IMG/VR virus record: IMGVR_UViG_3300036766_001106
Span: 6,984 to 70,983 of that record
DNA from: a virus
Length of the DNA: 64,000 bases
Reading direction: 5' to 3' (one strand)
In this document: positions 34,788-43,804 of the stretch, one piece after another
Position numbering within the stretch: position 1 is the first letter of the stretch
Layout: each line of letters opens with the position of its first letter
Notes under the pieces: model-generated
Database searches by the model: none
What the model saw: only the letters and a program-made list of their open reading frames with translations
Told to the model about the DNA's origin: nothing
Made by a program: the position numbers and the translations under genes

Positions 34788-36131
34788 CTACCAGTTAAGA
34801 CCCTTGTTGTAGTACGTTATCGGGACTACCCGCCAAATCTCCTCATCGAAAGACCATAAATCAGAGTCTTTCCATAACTCGGAGTTCTTCGTGGTCGTTA
34901 CGTCCTTACAGATGGTCACGCGGTCGCCCACTTCATATCGGGCGAAATCGGTGGGGTAGGCCCATATTTCTTTTTCCCGCCACCGCACCTTGACTTTGCA
35001 ATATCCTTCCGCCGTTTCTTCCACGTCTATGACCTCGGCGCTGGTGATGAACACCGTGTCCATATACATGCCAGAAAAGAGGAACGGGTGGTACTCGGGG
35101 CTCCGCGTTGCCAGCGTCCACGGCAGATTGGGGAAGATACGGTTCCCCAAGCCGATAAATTCTCCTGGGTGGGGCCACTTCTGCGTTTCGATGCAGTTGA
35201 CCCGGAAGAACCAGTGGGGGCCTTCCGGCACTGGTTCGCTGGAGAGCCCTTCCACCAAACCTTCGGCGTTCTCCGACTCCAGCCAAAGATAATTGTGAAC
35301 GATTTTGTCTTCTTTGAATTTCTCATCGAAGAAATCATCCGGCACCGGCGGCACCGGCCCGTCTTCCCCCGGCTGGGCGGGGAATTCTTCCGTCCTGGTG
35401 GTAACTTCCCCCACCACCATCAACATCTCGCAGCAGCCGTATTGGAAACCGGCCAGGAAATCTATCCAGCCCAAGCACTTATAATTTGCCATAGGGAGGA
35501 TGGCTTCCTCATACACCGGGGTCTGCCCATACTTCGGCAATTCAAACCTGGCCAGGAAGAGGCGTTCTTGACCTTGGGCGCTCTCATCGCTGATGATGAC
35601 CGGCCTGATATTCAGGCGCTCGAACAGGGACTTGTCCAGACTGTTGCCCGCTTTTTGCAGGATGTCGTCCATCCCGTCTTCCCGGAAAGCGAACCAGGTG
35701 GGCCCCAGGTAAGGGGCCTTAATCCCCATCATGGCGTAAACATTCAACATCTCATGGATTAGAGAAGCCTCAATCGCCGCCCGTTCTATCAAATCCTTTT
35801 GCAGGGCATCATCCACCTCCCACACCTCTGCTCCCCCGCCCTCCTCTAGAGCTTTTGCTTCTTCCTTCAGGATCTTTTTAATTTCCGGCAAATAAGCCTC
35901 TGTCTTAATTTTCTCCTGGGTCTTCAAAAGCTCCCTGGTCTCTTTGGTAAGGCCATCCAGGAACGGCCCCTTGGTAAACCCGGACAGCCCCAAGGGAGGC
36001 TCGGGGACGGAGAGTCCCTTGTCCGAAGGCCCCTCGCCTGGCAAAGCAAAATCCGGTAGAGCAAAATCCGGCATAGAGAAATCCGGCATGGAGAAGTCAG
36101 GCATCTTAAAGAGGCTATCAAAATCGGTCAT
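34788..36131 (-). CDS. Virion protein with N-terminal (M/L)PDF(S/A) repeats and a possible C-terminal OB-fold
   Basis: TAATG coupling; 15-bp tandem repeats at about 36045-36105. Confidence 0.65.
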   Translation of the reverse strand: MTDFDSLFKMPDFSMPDFSMPDFALPDFALPGEGPSDKGLSVPEPPLGLSGFTKGPFLDGLTKETRELLKTQEKIKTEAYLPEIKKILKEEAKALEEGGGAEVWEVDDALQKDLIERAAIEASLIHEMLNVYAMMGIKAPYLGPTWFAFREDGMDDILQKAGNSLDKSLFERLNIRPVIISDESAQGQERLFLARFELPKYGQTPVYEEAILPMANYKCLGWIDFLAGFQYGCCEMLMVVGEVTTRTEEFPAQPGEDGPVPPVPDDFFDEKFKEDKIVHNYLWLESENAEGLVEGLSSEPVPEGPHWFFRVNCIETQKWPHPGEFIGLGNRIFPNLPWTLATRSPEYHPFLFSGMYMDTVFITSAEVIDVEETAEGYCKVKVRWREKEIWAYPTDFARYEVGDRVTICKDVTTTKNSELWKDSDLWSFDEEIWRVVPITYYNKGLNW

Positions 36132-37528
36132 TACAAATTCTCCGGGTCCACATAGCCCTGACTCTGGCATTCCGCCTTGGCCACGTCCTGGTCAATCAAA
36201 TCCACCACGGGCTCCTGGGAGGTTTGAACCACACCGCCCGGCGCCCCCGGGGCAGTAACCGCAAAAAATCCTTTGTGGATCCTCTGAGAGAATGTCCGTT
36301 TCTCGTATTCAAAATATTCCTTATACTTGCTGATTTTGCGATGGGCGGCGTTGATCAGTAGTTTAGCCCACTGAGCCACGCCTTCTTTCTCGGCGTCTCC
36401 GTGTTGTTTGAGCCAGGCCATCGCCACTTTTTTGTCAAAGAGGTTGTCCTGCTTCTCCAAGGCGCAATCGGTGATGCTCTGTCCGGCCCCCTTATACCCC
36501 GCGCCCTCCAGGGCCTCGTGAATCTCCTGGCGGTCCGCCTGGGAACGCCCCCCGGCTCTCATCTCCGGGATGGTGTTGTCGCCGTCCACCTTATCCTTCT
36601 CGAAAAAAAAGACCTCGGTTTCGGCCCGTTGCTGCGTCTTCTTCAGGTCCTCCAGTTCCTTCGCCGCCTCGGTCTGCTCTTCTACTTCCTGGCGGTACAG
36701 TTCTTCATAGGAGGCCCGCAGGTTTTCGATGGCGATCTTGTCGCCCCAGATGGCCAGCAGGTCGTCCAGCTTTTGTTGGATGAACTCGAACCCGGCCTCA
36801 ATCTCCGCGGTCTCCACCGCCAGTTTGATCTTGGCCAGGCCCCGCACCACGATGTCGGCAAAAATATGGGCGATGTCGGCAATGAGGGTGGCCTTCTCCG
36901 CCTGAATCATGGCGACTTCAAGCTCGGCCTGGACTACCTTGAGTTCGGCTTCTTCGGCCTCGATTCCCGCCATGACCGCCCGGACGTTGGCCTGCGCTAC
37001 CTGGAGCTTGGCCTTGGCGATGTCCACCTCCACCTGAGCCCGCTCCACGTACTCAAGCTGGATCTTACTCTTGACCTCTTCCAGGTGAGCTTCTTCCTTC
37101 TGAATATCCATCTGGGCCCGGTCCCGTTGCAGGGCGATTTGCTCCCGCTCCACTTCGGCTGCATACTCCTTGGCCGCCATAATGAAGGACTGGACGGCCA
37201 CGTCATACCGCTTCGCGGCTAACAGGGCTTCCTCTCCGGCCACTTTATAAGCCAGGACTTGCAGTTGGGTCTCGTATTTCTCTTTGGCGATGAAGCGGTG
37301 GGTCTCCACTTCCTCCAGGTCCAGTTGGTAGAGCTTATCCCGTTGCTCCGCCTGGAATTGAGCTGCCTCGTCTATAATTGCCAAAGGCATCCGCACCATA
37401 TCCCGGCTGACCCGGTTCACCAGGTCCTCCAGACCCGCAAGCCCCACGGCAATCCCAGCCACGTCCCAATTCTGCCAGAGGCCGGCGTTGCGGCTCAGGG
37501 TGCGTTCTTTCAAAGCGGTGGCGTCCAT
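36131..37528 (-). CDS. Coiled-coil protein, putative DNA-ejection protein
   Basis: A/E/K/Q-rich heptads. Confidence 0.65.
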   Translation of the reverse strand: MDATALKERTLSRNAGLWQNWDVAGIAVGLAGLEDLVNRVSRDMVRMPLAIIDEAAQFQAEQRDKLYQLDLEEVETHRFIAKEKYETQLQVLAYKVAGEEALLAAKRYDVAVQSFIMAAKEYAAEVEREQIALQRDRAQMDIQKEEAHLEEVKSKIQLEYVERAQVEVDIAKAKLQVAQANVRAVMAGIEAEEAELKVVQAELEVAMIQAEKATLIADIAHIFADIVVRGLAKIKLAVETAEIEAGFEFIQQKLDDLLAIWGDKIAIENLRASYEELYRQEVEEQTEAAKELEDLKKTQQRAETEVFFFEKDKVDGDNTIPEMRAGGRSQADRQEIHEALEGAGYKGAGQSITDCALEKQDNLFDKKVAMAWLKQHGDAEKEGVAQWAKLLINAAHRKISKYKEYFEYEKRTFSQRIHKGFFAVTAPGAPGGVVQTSQEPVVDLIDQDVAKAECQSQGYVDPENL

Positions 37529-37531
37529 GGA

Positions 37532-38749
37532 TTACCCCTTACTGATGTATTGGTCTACGTGAGCCGCGGAATGCCGGACGATAACCTGCGTCCCGCCGGT
37601 GTCCACGGTGTCGGCCGTATCCTTGGCAAGCTCCACCATTAGCTGCACCTGGCGATAGAAGTCCAGCAGGTAGATGGCCCGTTGCACCGTCATGGAATCA
37701 AATTCCTGGCTCCAGCCGTATCGTTCCCAAAAAGCCTTCTGATCAACCCTGAAGCGACGTTCTTCTTTCTCCAGGGCCTTTTTCATATGGATGAGCTTTT
37801 CTCTGACTTCCGCCTCATACTCCATCAAGAGCGTCCGGGCCTCGGCCTTGGTCAACTCCGTCAGCCGGTCGGCCCGCACAAACTCCAGCCGGGCCTCCTC
37901 GTAATCTTCTTCGGCCAGGCGGGCCTGATGGTCGGCTTCCTCCTGTTCCCGCTTCAACTCGATGCGCCGGTAGCCAAGTTCTTCAATCTGTTTCTTGTTC
38001 TCCGCCTCATCCTTCATGGCCTCCGCATCCAACAGACGGGCGCCGGCCTTCTGCTCATGGAGGGGGATCATGGTTTTCTTGACTTCGGTTAATTGCTTCT
38101 GCTTCTCGATGACCAGCTTCATAGTTTCGGCTCGGCGCTGTTCGGCGATAATGACAATCTGCTCGGCGGCGATGACCTCGTAGAGATAAGCGATAATCTT
38201 GAGTTTCTCTTCCGCGGTCTTCACCTTTTCCCGGATAAGCTGGACCTCGGCGTCCAGGGCGATCCCCTCGGCTTGGATGGCCAGCTTCTTCCAGTAGTTG
38301 ACCTCGTGCTCGATATTGGCCTTTTCCTCGATGATGTAAGCCTGGCGCCGCTCCACATCCGATTGGAGTTTCTGGATAGCGGCCTTCTGCTCGTCCAGGG
38401 TCATGTCGGCATAGGCTTTCGTCAGTTCGTGGGCGTTGTCGTAATCGGCTTTGAGGATCTCCAGGTCGAGTTTGGCCAGGCCGACGACCACCTTCTGGTC
38501 GGTCTCTTCCTCCTTGAGGCGCATCTCGGTGAAGTCCTGATAGACCTTGGCGTTGGCCTCGGTCGCCTTGACCTTGACCTGGAAGCCGGTGGCCACGATA
38601 AGCTCCAGCACCGGCCCCGGCGGGGCGGGGAAGCCGCGACCGGCCGCCTCCATGAGGGCGCCCCGGACATCCCCCTGGTATTTCCGGGAGATGCCGTCAA
38701 GCTCCTGGCCCCACTTGGCGGCCTCGTCGGCAGGATATTCCTTGCCCAT
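37532..38749 (-). CDS. Coiled-coil protein, putative DNA-ejection protein
   Basis: AAGRGFPAPPG motif followed by a long coiled coil. Confidence 0.65.
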   Translation of the reverse strand: MGKEYPADEAAKWGQELDGISRKYQGDVRGALMEAAGRGFPAPPGPVLELIVATGFQVKVKATEANAKVYQDFTEMRLKEEETDQKVVVGLAKLDLEILKADYDNAHELTKAYADMTLDEQKAAIQKLQSDVERRQAYIIEEKANIEHEVNYWKKLAIQAEGIALDAEVQLIREKVKTAEEKLKIIAYLYEVIAAEQIVIIAEQRRAETMKLVIEKQKQLTEVKKTMIPLHEQKAGARLLDAEAMKDEAENKKQIEELGYRRIELKREQEEADHQARLAEEDYEEARLEFVRADRLTELTKAEARTLLMEYEAEVREKLIHMKKALEKEERRFRVDQKAFWERYGWSQEFDSMTVQRAIYLLDFYRQVQLMVELAKDTADTVDTGGTQVIVRHSAAHVDQYISKG

Positions 38750-39108
38750 CAGTTTCTACCCCTATTCCGTGCTTTGTTCACGGCGTTCTTGAAATTCGCC
38801 AGCCAGGTCTCGTTGCCCTGCAAACCGGACCTTGGCAGACAACGTTTCGGCGTTCCCCTGGGTATCTGGAGGTCAATAATCTGCTCCCCAGCCCTGGTCT
38901 GACTTAAAACATGCTTGAACTCCCCTATCCACCGCTCGTTCCTCTCAGCATCAATCCGGGGAAGAATCTGCCGAGGCAACCGCTCCCGGATGACCCCCGG
39001 TATAATGACCGCTTCTTCGGCCCAGGCCCAGGCGATGACGCCCTTGGTCGCCAGGGCGAGAACCGTATGGCTGGCGATGACCCCTTTAGTAGCAAGGGTC
39101 AGGCTCAT
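38749..39108 (-). CDS. Hypothetical protein with internal duplications
   Basis: LATKGVIA twice; LPR...NE.W...FK twice. Confidence 0.6.
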   Translation of the reverse strand: MSLTLATKGVIASHTVLALATKGVIAWAWAEEAVIIPGVIRERLPRQILPRIDAERNERWIGEFKHVLSQTRAGEQIIDLQIPRGTPKRCLPRSGLQGNETWLANFKNAVNKARNRGRN

Positions 39109-39767
39109 TGCTTCGCCACCTGATAATTGGTCATCTCCGCCCCGGACCAGGCCCCGATAATCTGGTAGGTGGCGAGCACATCATCGTCGCTGCCCACCGA
39201 AGCCGGGTCCGTGTATGTCCTTATACGTCCAGAAACCAGGAAACCATCGGCGTTATAAACGGCCTCGTCCAGGCAGTAGTTCTCCTGCATGAGGCCCAGG
39301 GCACGCAGAATACCAGCCAATTCAGGGGTTAATTCCGTCCTGACCGCCTCGGCTATTTGCTCCGGCGTGGCCCCCCCGGACCCCTCCAGCAGGGCGGCGG
39401 ACACATCGGCCTCGTAACCGATGTTCACATAGGCCGTGGGGTATAGGGCCAGCATTGGGTCGCCATCTTCGTCCACGGCCACCAGATTGCCCCCGGAGAC
39501 GGTGCAATAGGTCCATGCGACCCTGGCCTCGAAAGCGACCTTGGCGTTATAGAGCCTGATGGTCAGGCCGGTATATCGTCCGACACCGATTTGGTCCTTG
39601 CCGACCCCCTCCACGATTTCAGGTTCATCCATGGCCTCAATGTCATCAGATATACTCCGAAGCGTGTCGTAAAGGTCTTGCAAAGACAGCGTATCAGAGG
39701 GGGCCGCCACCGTGATGACCCGTGGCGACGCACTCCAATCAATGCTGATGTCCCCTCTTATGGTCAT
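39105..39767 (-). CDS. Tail-associated structural protein
   Basis: Beta-rich; N-terminus resembles that of 39918-41516. Confidence 0.6.
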   Translation of the reverse strand: MTIRGDISIDWSASPRVITVAAPSDTLSLQDLYDTLRSISDDIEAMDEPEIVEGVGKDQIGVGRYTGLTIRLYNAKVAFEARVAWTYCTVSGGNLVAVDEDGDPMLALYPTAYVNIGYEADVSAALLEGSGGATPEQIAEAVRTELTPELAGILRALGLMQENYCLDEAVYNADGFLVSGRIRTYTDPASVGSDDDVLATYQIIGAWSGAEMTNYQVAKQ

Positions 39768-39918
39768 CGTTTAACCCTCGGCATTTGGTCTCAATTTCAT
39801 GGGCCAGGATGAGTAGTTCATCCGCCGTGAAGGTACCATGAAGCTCCACCCAAGCTTGGCCTCGATATAAGGAGCCAACCTTTGGTTTAAGATAGCGTTC
39901 CTCCAATTCGTCAGCCAT
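39739..39918 (-). CDS. Small hypothetical protein (59 aa, MADELEERYLKP...)
   Basis: TAATG coupling; fills the intergenic gap. Confidence 0.55.
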   Translation of the reverse strand: MADELEERYLKPKVGSLYRGQAWVELHGTFTADELLILAHEIETKCRGLNDDHKRGHQH

Positions 39919-41516
39919 TAGGTCGCCTGCGGGTCAGTCTGGAGAATCGGGGTGACTGCCACCCCAGCAGCACCAAAAGAGGTGTCCAGGGTAAAGTCCT
40001 TATACCCATATTTTCGCACTCTGGCCTTCACATCGAAGGCCGCAGTATAAATGATGTTGTCCGATTGTTCGGTCGCAGCATCAGCCAGGAGATCAAGAAG
40101 GGGTACATAGAGACTCCCGCTCTGGCCGGTCGGGTTCGGCGTTACCCCGGTAAAAGTCATGGCATTAAACCCGGTGTAAGCGAAAACAGTATCTCCCACT
40201 CGCAAAGACCCGGATTGCGGCACTTTGTTAGCGTTAATCGTAGCGGTAACAACAATGGTAGTAGTAGTCACGGAGTCGATGGTGTATTGATCCTTGATGA
40301 TATTCGCCCCGTTCCGTTCAGCGATGAGAATTCTGCATCCGGACAAGGAGGCGTGAGACACACTCGCCTTCTGCAAGCTCGGAGGAATCTGCTGGTCGCC
40401 GTCAGCGTCAATTAACTGGAAGGTGGCGGCGGCATAGTCCGTGACCCAAACACCCCTGGCACCGAAGAAGGTGCCACCAGCGAAGGTTCCGAAAGGCGCC
40501 TGCTTAACATCGACATAGGTGCCTTCCAGAGTCGACCGATATTCCTCACCTTCATCGGCATTGAGAGTTATTTCAGAATTATGCCTAGCAGCATATTTCA
40601 AGAACTGATAGACCTGTTGCATGGTACGCCCGGCGCAGTCGATTTCCACCTTGTAGGGTTGGAGACCATTACCATTATTCAAGTCTCGGTTAATGTCCCC
40701 GAAGGTGATGGTGATGTCATCATAGGCGGCGATGACTTCGGTAAAAGCGGTGCTGGCGTCGTTGGTGGTCGTGGTTCCGGTATCGCCTGTGGTGCGGCTG
40801 GTCCGTTCCTTGATGGTTTCGGAAACCTCGAATATCCCCTCCACTTGGCAGAGATAAAGTCTGCTATTGCCCGCATCAACATACTGAATGCGGCCACTCG
40901 CCAGAGAAGTATTGCCATAGGCATAATTCCCAGCATCGAAACCAGTTACCGAGGCCACATGCAAGTAAATGTCGCCGGTGAGCAGGTAGTTGAGGTCCTG
41001 AAAGGTATTGATACCTACCGGGTTCCGGCCACCGCCCGAAAGGTCCACGAAGTTGTGGTCATAGAGGCAATCGGAGTCTCGGGACATGGCCAAGGCGTTG
41101 CCGCTATCAATCAGCGAACCTCCGGTCTTGACCAGGATGAGGATGTCGATGTTCCCAGGACTCCACCAAGGCGTGACCTCAGCGTCACTCTGCACTATAT
41201 AAATCATGCTGGAGCGGTACTGGTCGCCAATGGAATACAGGTTGGCCCATAACTCCTGGGCATTGGAAGATTCAATGGACCCACCTTTCAAAAATTTAAA
41301 GTCAGTAGTGGGAGCACCAAATGCCCAGCCATTGATGAACCGGAAAACGGTCGGCGTATCAGACACGAAAGCATAGTCATCATCCATTTGTGCCTGGGCC
41401 GCAAACTTGGCAGCCAACCATTGGAAGAACGCCAGCACAGTAAAAACTTCCGTACCGCTTGTGTGGGTTACGGTTTTGGCCGTGTAATTAACGGTCCAGT
41501 CGGTTTCGAGTGACAT
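39918..41516 (-). CDS. Tail fibre/appendage structural protein
   Basis: T/G/S-rich beta protein; SD AGGAGG. Confidence 0.65.
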   Translation of the reverse strand: MSLETDWTVNYTAKTVTHTSGTEVFTVLAFFQWLAAKFAAQAQMDDDYAFVSDTPTVFRFINGWAFGAPTTDFKFLKGGSIESSNAQELWANLYSIGDQYRSSMIYIVQSDAEVTPWWSPGNIDILILVKTGGSLIDSGNALAMSRDSDCLYDHNFVDLSGGGRNPVGINTFQDLNYLLTGDIYLHVASVTGFDAGNYAYGNTSLASGRIQYVDAGNSRLYLCQVEGIFEVSETIKERTSRTTGDTGTTTTNDASTAFTEVIAAYDDITITFGDINRDLNNGNGLQPYKVEIDCAGRTMQQVYQFLKYAARHNSEITLNADEGEEYRSTLEGTYVDVKQAPFGTFAGGTFFGARGVWVTDYAAATFQLIDADGDQQIPPSLQKASVSHASLSGCRILIAERNGANIIKDQYTIDSVTTTTIVVTATINANKVPQSGSLRVGDTVFAYTGFNAMTFTGVTPNPTGQSGSLYVPLLDLLADAATEQSDNIIYTAAFDVKARVRKYGYKDFTLDTSFGAAGVAVTPILQTDPQAT

Positions 41517-41535
41517 CGCACCTTCCTCCTGTTAA

Positions 41536-43071
41536 TTAAGATTGTTGTGGGTCAACCACCAAAGTAACCGGAATCTGCAAGTTTGCAGACCCTATATCTA
41601 TAAGTTGTTTATAATTTTTATACCCATATTTTCTGACCCTCCACCGGGCACCTGATACTGCGGAACCCACGTATGAAGTAGAGATATAACCATTCCCATA
41701 AGTAGCGTCATAAGCTGTTACGCCATTCAAAATAAAAGGTGATTGGTCATCGTTATCAATATAAGCATACGCACCATTAATGCCATTACCGGCTTCATCT
41801 TTCACCAACATCGCTAATACGATAGATGCCTGGATTGTCGTTGTTCCTGGCGGAGTCCCGGTTTCTTCATGGGTTGAGGGATCGGACAAATTGGTTTTAT
41901 TGACAATGACTGCCGCACTATTCCCTGAGTTTCTAACATCCTTGGTGTTAGTATAAAACCGCATATTATCAAAAGTGTATGTCCCTGCGGCGGGGATATG
42001 AGTTGCAGCCGGATTGTTAATAAAGTTACAGTTTTTAACATTATGCGACTCCGATGAAATTCTTAAACCCCTGTCATCAGCCTGAACAACATTACAAAAT
42101 TGAACTACGCAAGTATCAGGGAGAACTTCGCCACATTGGTTAAAATTACAATTAAGAACCTCTCGCCCACTTGCATTAGGCGGCAAATAAACATCGCCAG
42201 CGTTATTGAAGGTACATCCATACAGTTTGAGAATATCAATATTCGTGTCATCCAAATCGAGTAAATATGGTTGGGTTCCCTTAAAAAATATGCCACCATA
42301 TCCTTGTGTCCCTGCCTTGTTTCCTAATGTAAAATTAGTAGTTCCAGTAGCATATCCTTCAATCTTAATCTTATAAAGAGTCGAAGCAACTTTGGGATTA
42401 TCAAAAAACATTACTAACTTATCTGCATCTATAAAATCAATATGTAACGCAGAACTGCCGAAGATTAACTCACCTTGAATATAATAAATCCCACCCCTTT
42501 TGGCGACTATGCCATATTTACCTGCTACATCTGCCGTATAAATATTTTCCCAGGTAATAGCATCCGCAGCCCCGGAAGTAATTCTAAGTCCAGACCCATA
42601 ATGCACAAAATCCCAAAAGCAATTAACAACTGTGGACTTTCCAACTGTATAAAAATTTACCCCAATATATCGATGAACAGACGGGTCGTAAGTACCGCTT
42701 GATGGGCCATCATTGGTTGCTTCCGCCGAACAACAAAATCTTTGCCACCCACCTGAATAGTTATCAGAACCACCAACATAGATGGTCTTATACGCCCCAT
42801 TCTTATCTTCTAAATAAATTCTTAATCCACCATTAACTTTTGTTTCTAAAACTGTAATAGATTGAAACCAGACAAAGAAATGCTGTCCTGACATATTTAC
42901 GCCATTCACACCACCTTGATCGAATTTAGCAACCGTGCCAAGAGCAGCACTAATTTTAAGGGCAAGGCAATATGTTCCTTCAAGCACAAAATCAGTATTA
43001 GTTGCCCCACTGCTCCAGGCAGCTTCGCAAGCACTAATTAAGATTAAGAGAGGAGTAAGGGTGATTGCCAC
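41536..43071 (-). CDS. Putative receptor-binding protein with a beta-helix-like region
   Basis: xxCxF/NCNF ladder repeats; AT-rich relative to its neighbours. Confidence 0.6.
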   Translation of the reverse strand: MAITLTPLLILISACEAAWSSGATNTDFVLEGTYCLALKISAALGTVAKFDQGGVNGVNMSGQHFFVWFQSITVLETKVNGGLRIYLEDKNGAYKTIYVGGSDNYSGGWQRFCCSAEATNDGPSSGTYDPSVHRYIGVNFYTVGKSTVVNCFWDFVHYGSGLRITSGAADAITWENIYTADVAGKYGIVAKRGGIYYIQGELIFGSSALHIDFIDADKLVMFFDNPKVASTLYKIKIEGYATGTTNFTLGNKAGTQGYGGIFFKGTQPYLLDLDDTNIDILKLYGCTFNNAGDVYLPPNASGREVLNCNFNQCGEVLPDTCVVQFCNVVQADDRGLRISSESHNVKNCNFINNPAATHIPAAGTYTFDNMRFYTNTKDVRNSGNSAAVIVNKTNLSDPSTHEETGTPPGTTTIQASIVLAMLVKDEAGNGINGAYAYIDNDDQSPFILNGVTAYDATYGNGYISTSYVGSAVSGARWRVRKYGYKNYKQLIDIGSANLQIPVTLVVDPQQS

Positions 43072-43073
43072 TT

Positions 43074-43550
43074 TTACCTCTTCATTAAATTATCAAAAAC
43101 CGTGATATAAGCCGCAGCATCAGTCCAAAGGTTATCAACTCCGGGAATCGTGACCCAGGTTTTATCCTCCCGGCCAGGGGTAATCTTGGGTCCGAAATCC
43201 CCCCCAAAGACATAGATCACGTTTTCTGGATGTTGAAATTGGAGGAGTGGTATCCCTACAACTCCAATCTCAGCTAAAGATTTATCATTCTCCAGGTAAA
43301 CAAATTGAGCATCCAGATAAGCCTGCTCTATTGCCTCCAGGTTATCGAAAGCCTCAAAGATAATCCCGGAGTCAGCGTTCTGGAAATACTGGAGGATGTG
43401 GAACCTCGTGCGATCCACCACGAGAATGTGGGTCACTCCAAGGTTACGGAGGTTAAAAATCCATCGGTCAAGGACGTTCTCAATGGCTCCCGTCCGTAAA
43501 GACATGGCGTTGGATACAGTATCATCGAGGAAGAAAATGACGCCTATCAT
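43074..43550 (-). CDS. Divergent SPOUT (SpoU/TrmH-like) methyltransferase-fold protein
   Basis: FQHPENVIYVFGGDFG...WVTIPGVDNLWTDAAAYITVFD. Confidence 0.55.
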   Translation of the reverse strand: MIGVIFFLDDTVSNAMSLRTGAIENVLDRWIFNLRNLGVTHILVVDRTRFHILQYFQNADSGIIFEAFDNLEAIEQAYLDAQFVYLENDKSLAEIGVVGIPLLQFQHPENVIYVFGGDFGPKITPGREDKTWVTIPGVDNLWTDAAAYITVFDNLMKR

Positions 43551-43804
43551 CGTTTTACCCTCAACCCGCCCATCGCCCGCCGCACCGCCGGGGTCATGTT
43601 GGCCCAATCCGCCGGGTATTTGACCCGCAGGGCCGGAGCCCGGCGGGGGGCCGGTTCGATAGTTAGAGCCGCCGGGCATTCATGGCAGGGAAACCCGGGG
43701 AGACAATAATCGCTTAACTGGTTCTCCAGGCAATGCCAAAGCCTCATTTCCATCCGATAGCCTTCGCAAAAGAACCAATCTTCGCAGCCTTCATGCCCGC
43801 TCAT
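43547..43804 (-). CDS. Small Cys-rich protein
   Basis: Six Cys; ATGA overlaps at both ends. Confidence 0.6.
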   Translation of the reverse strand: MSGHEGCEDWFFCEGYRMEMRLWHCLENQLSDYCLPGFPCHECPAALTIEPAPRRAPALRVKYPADWANMTPAVRRAMGGLRVKR

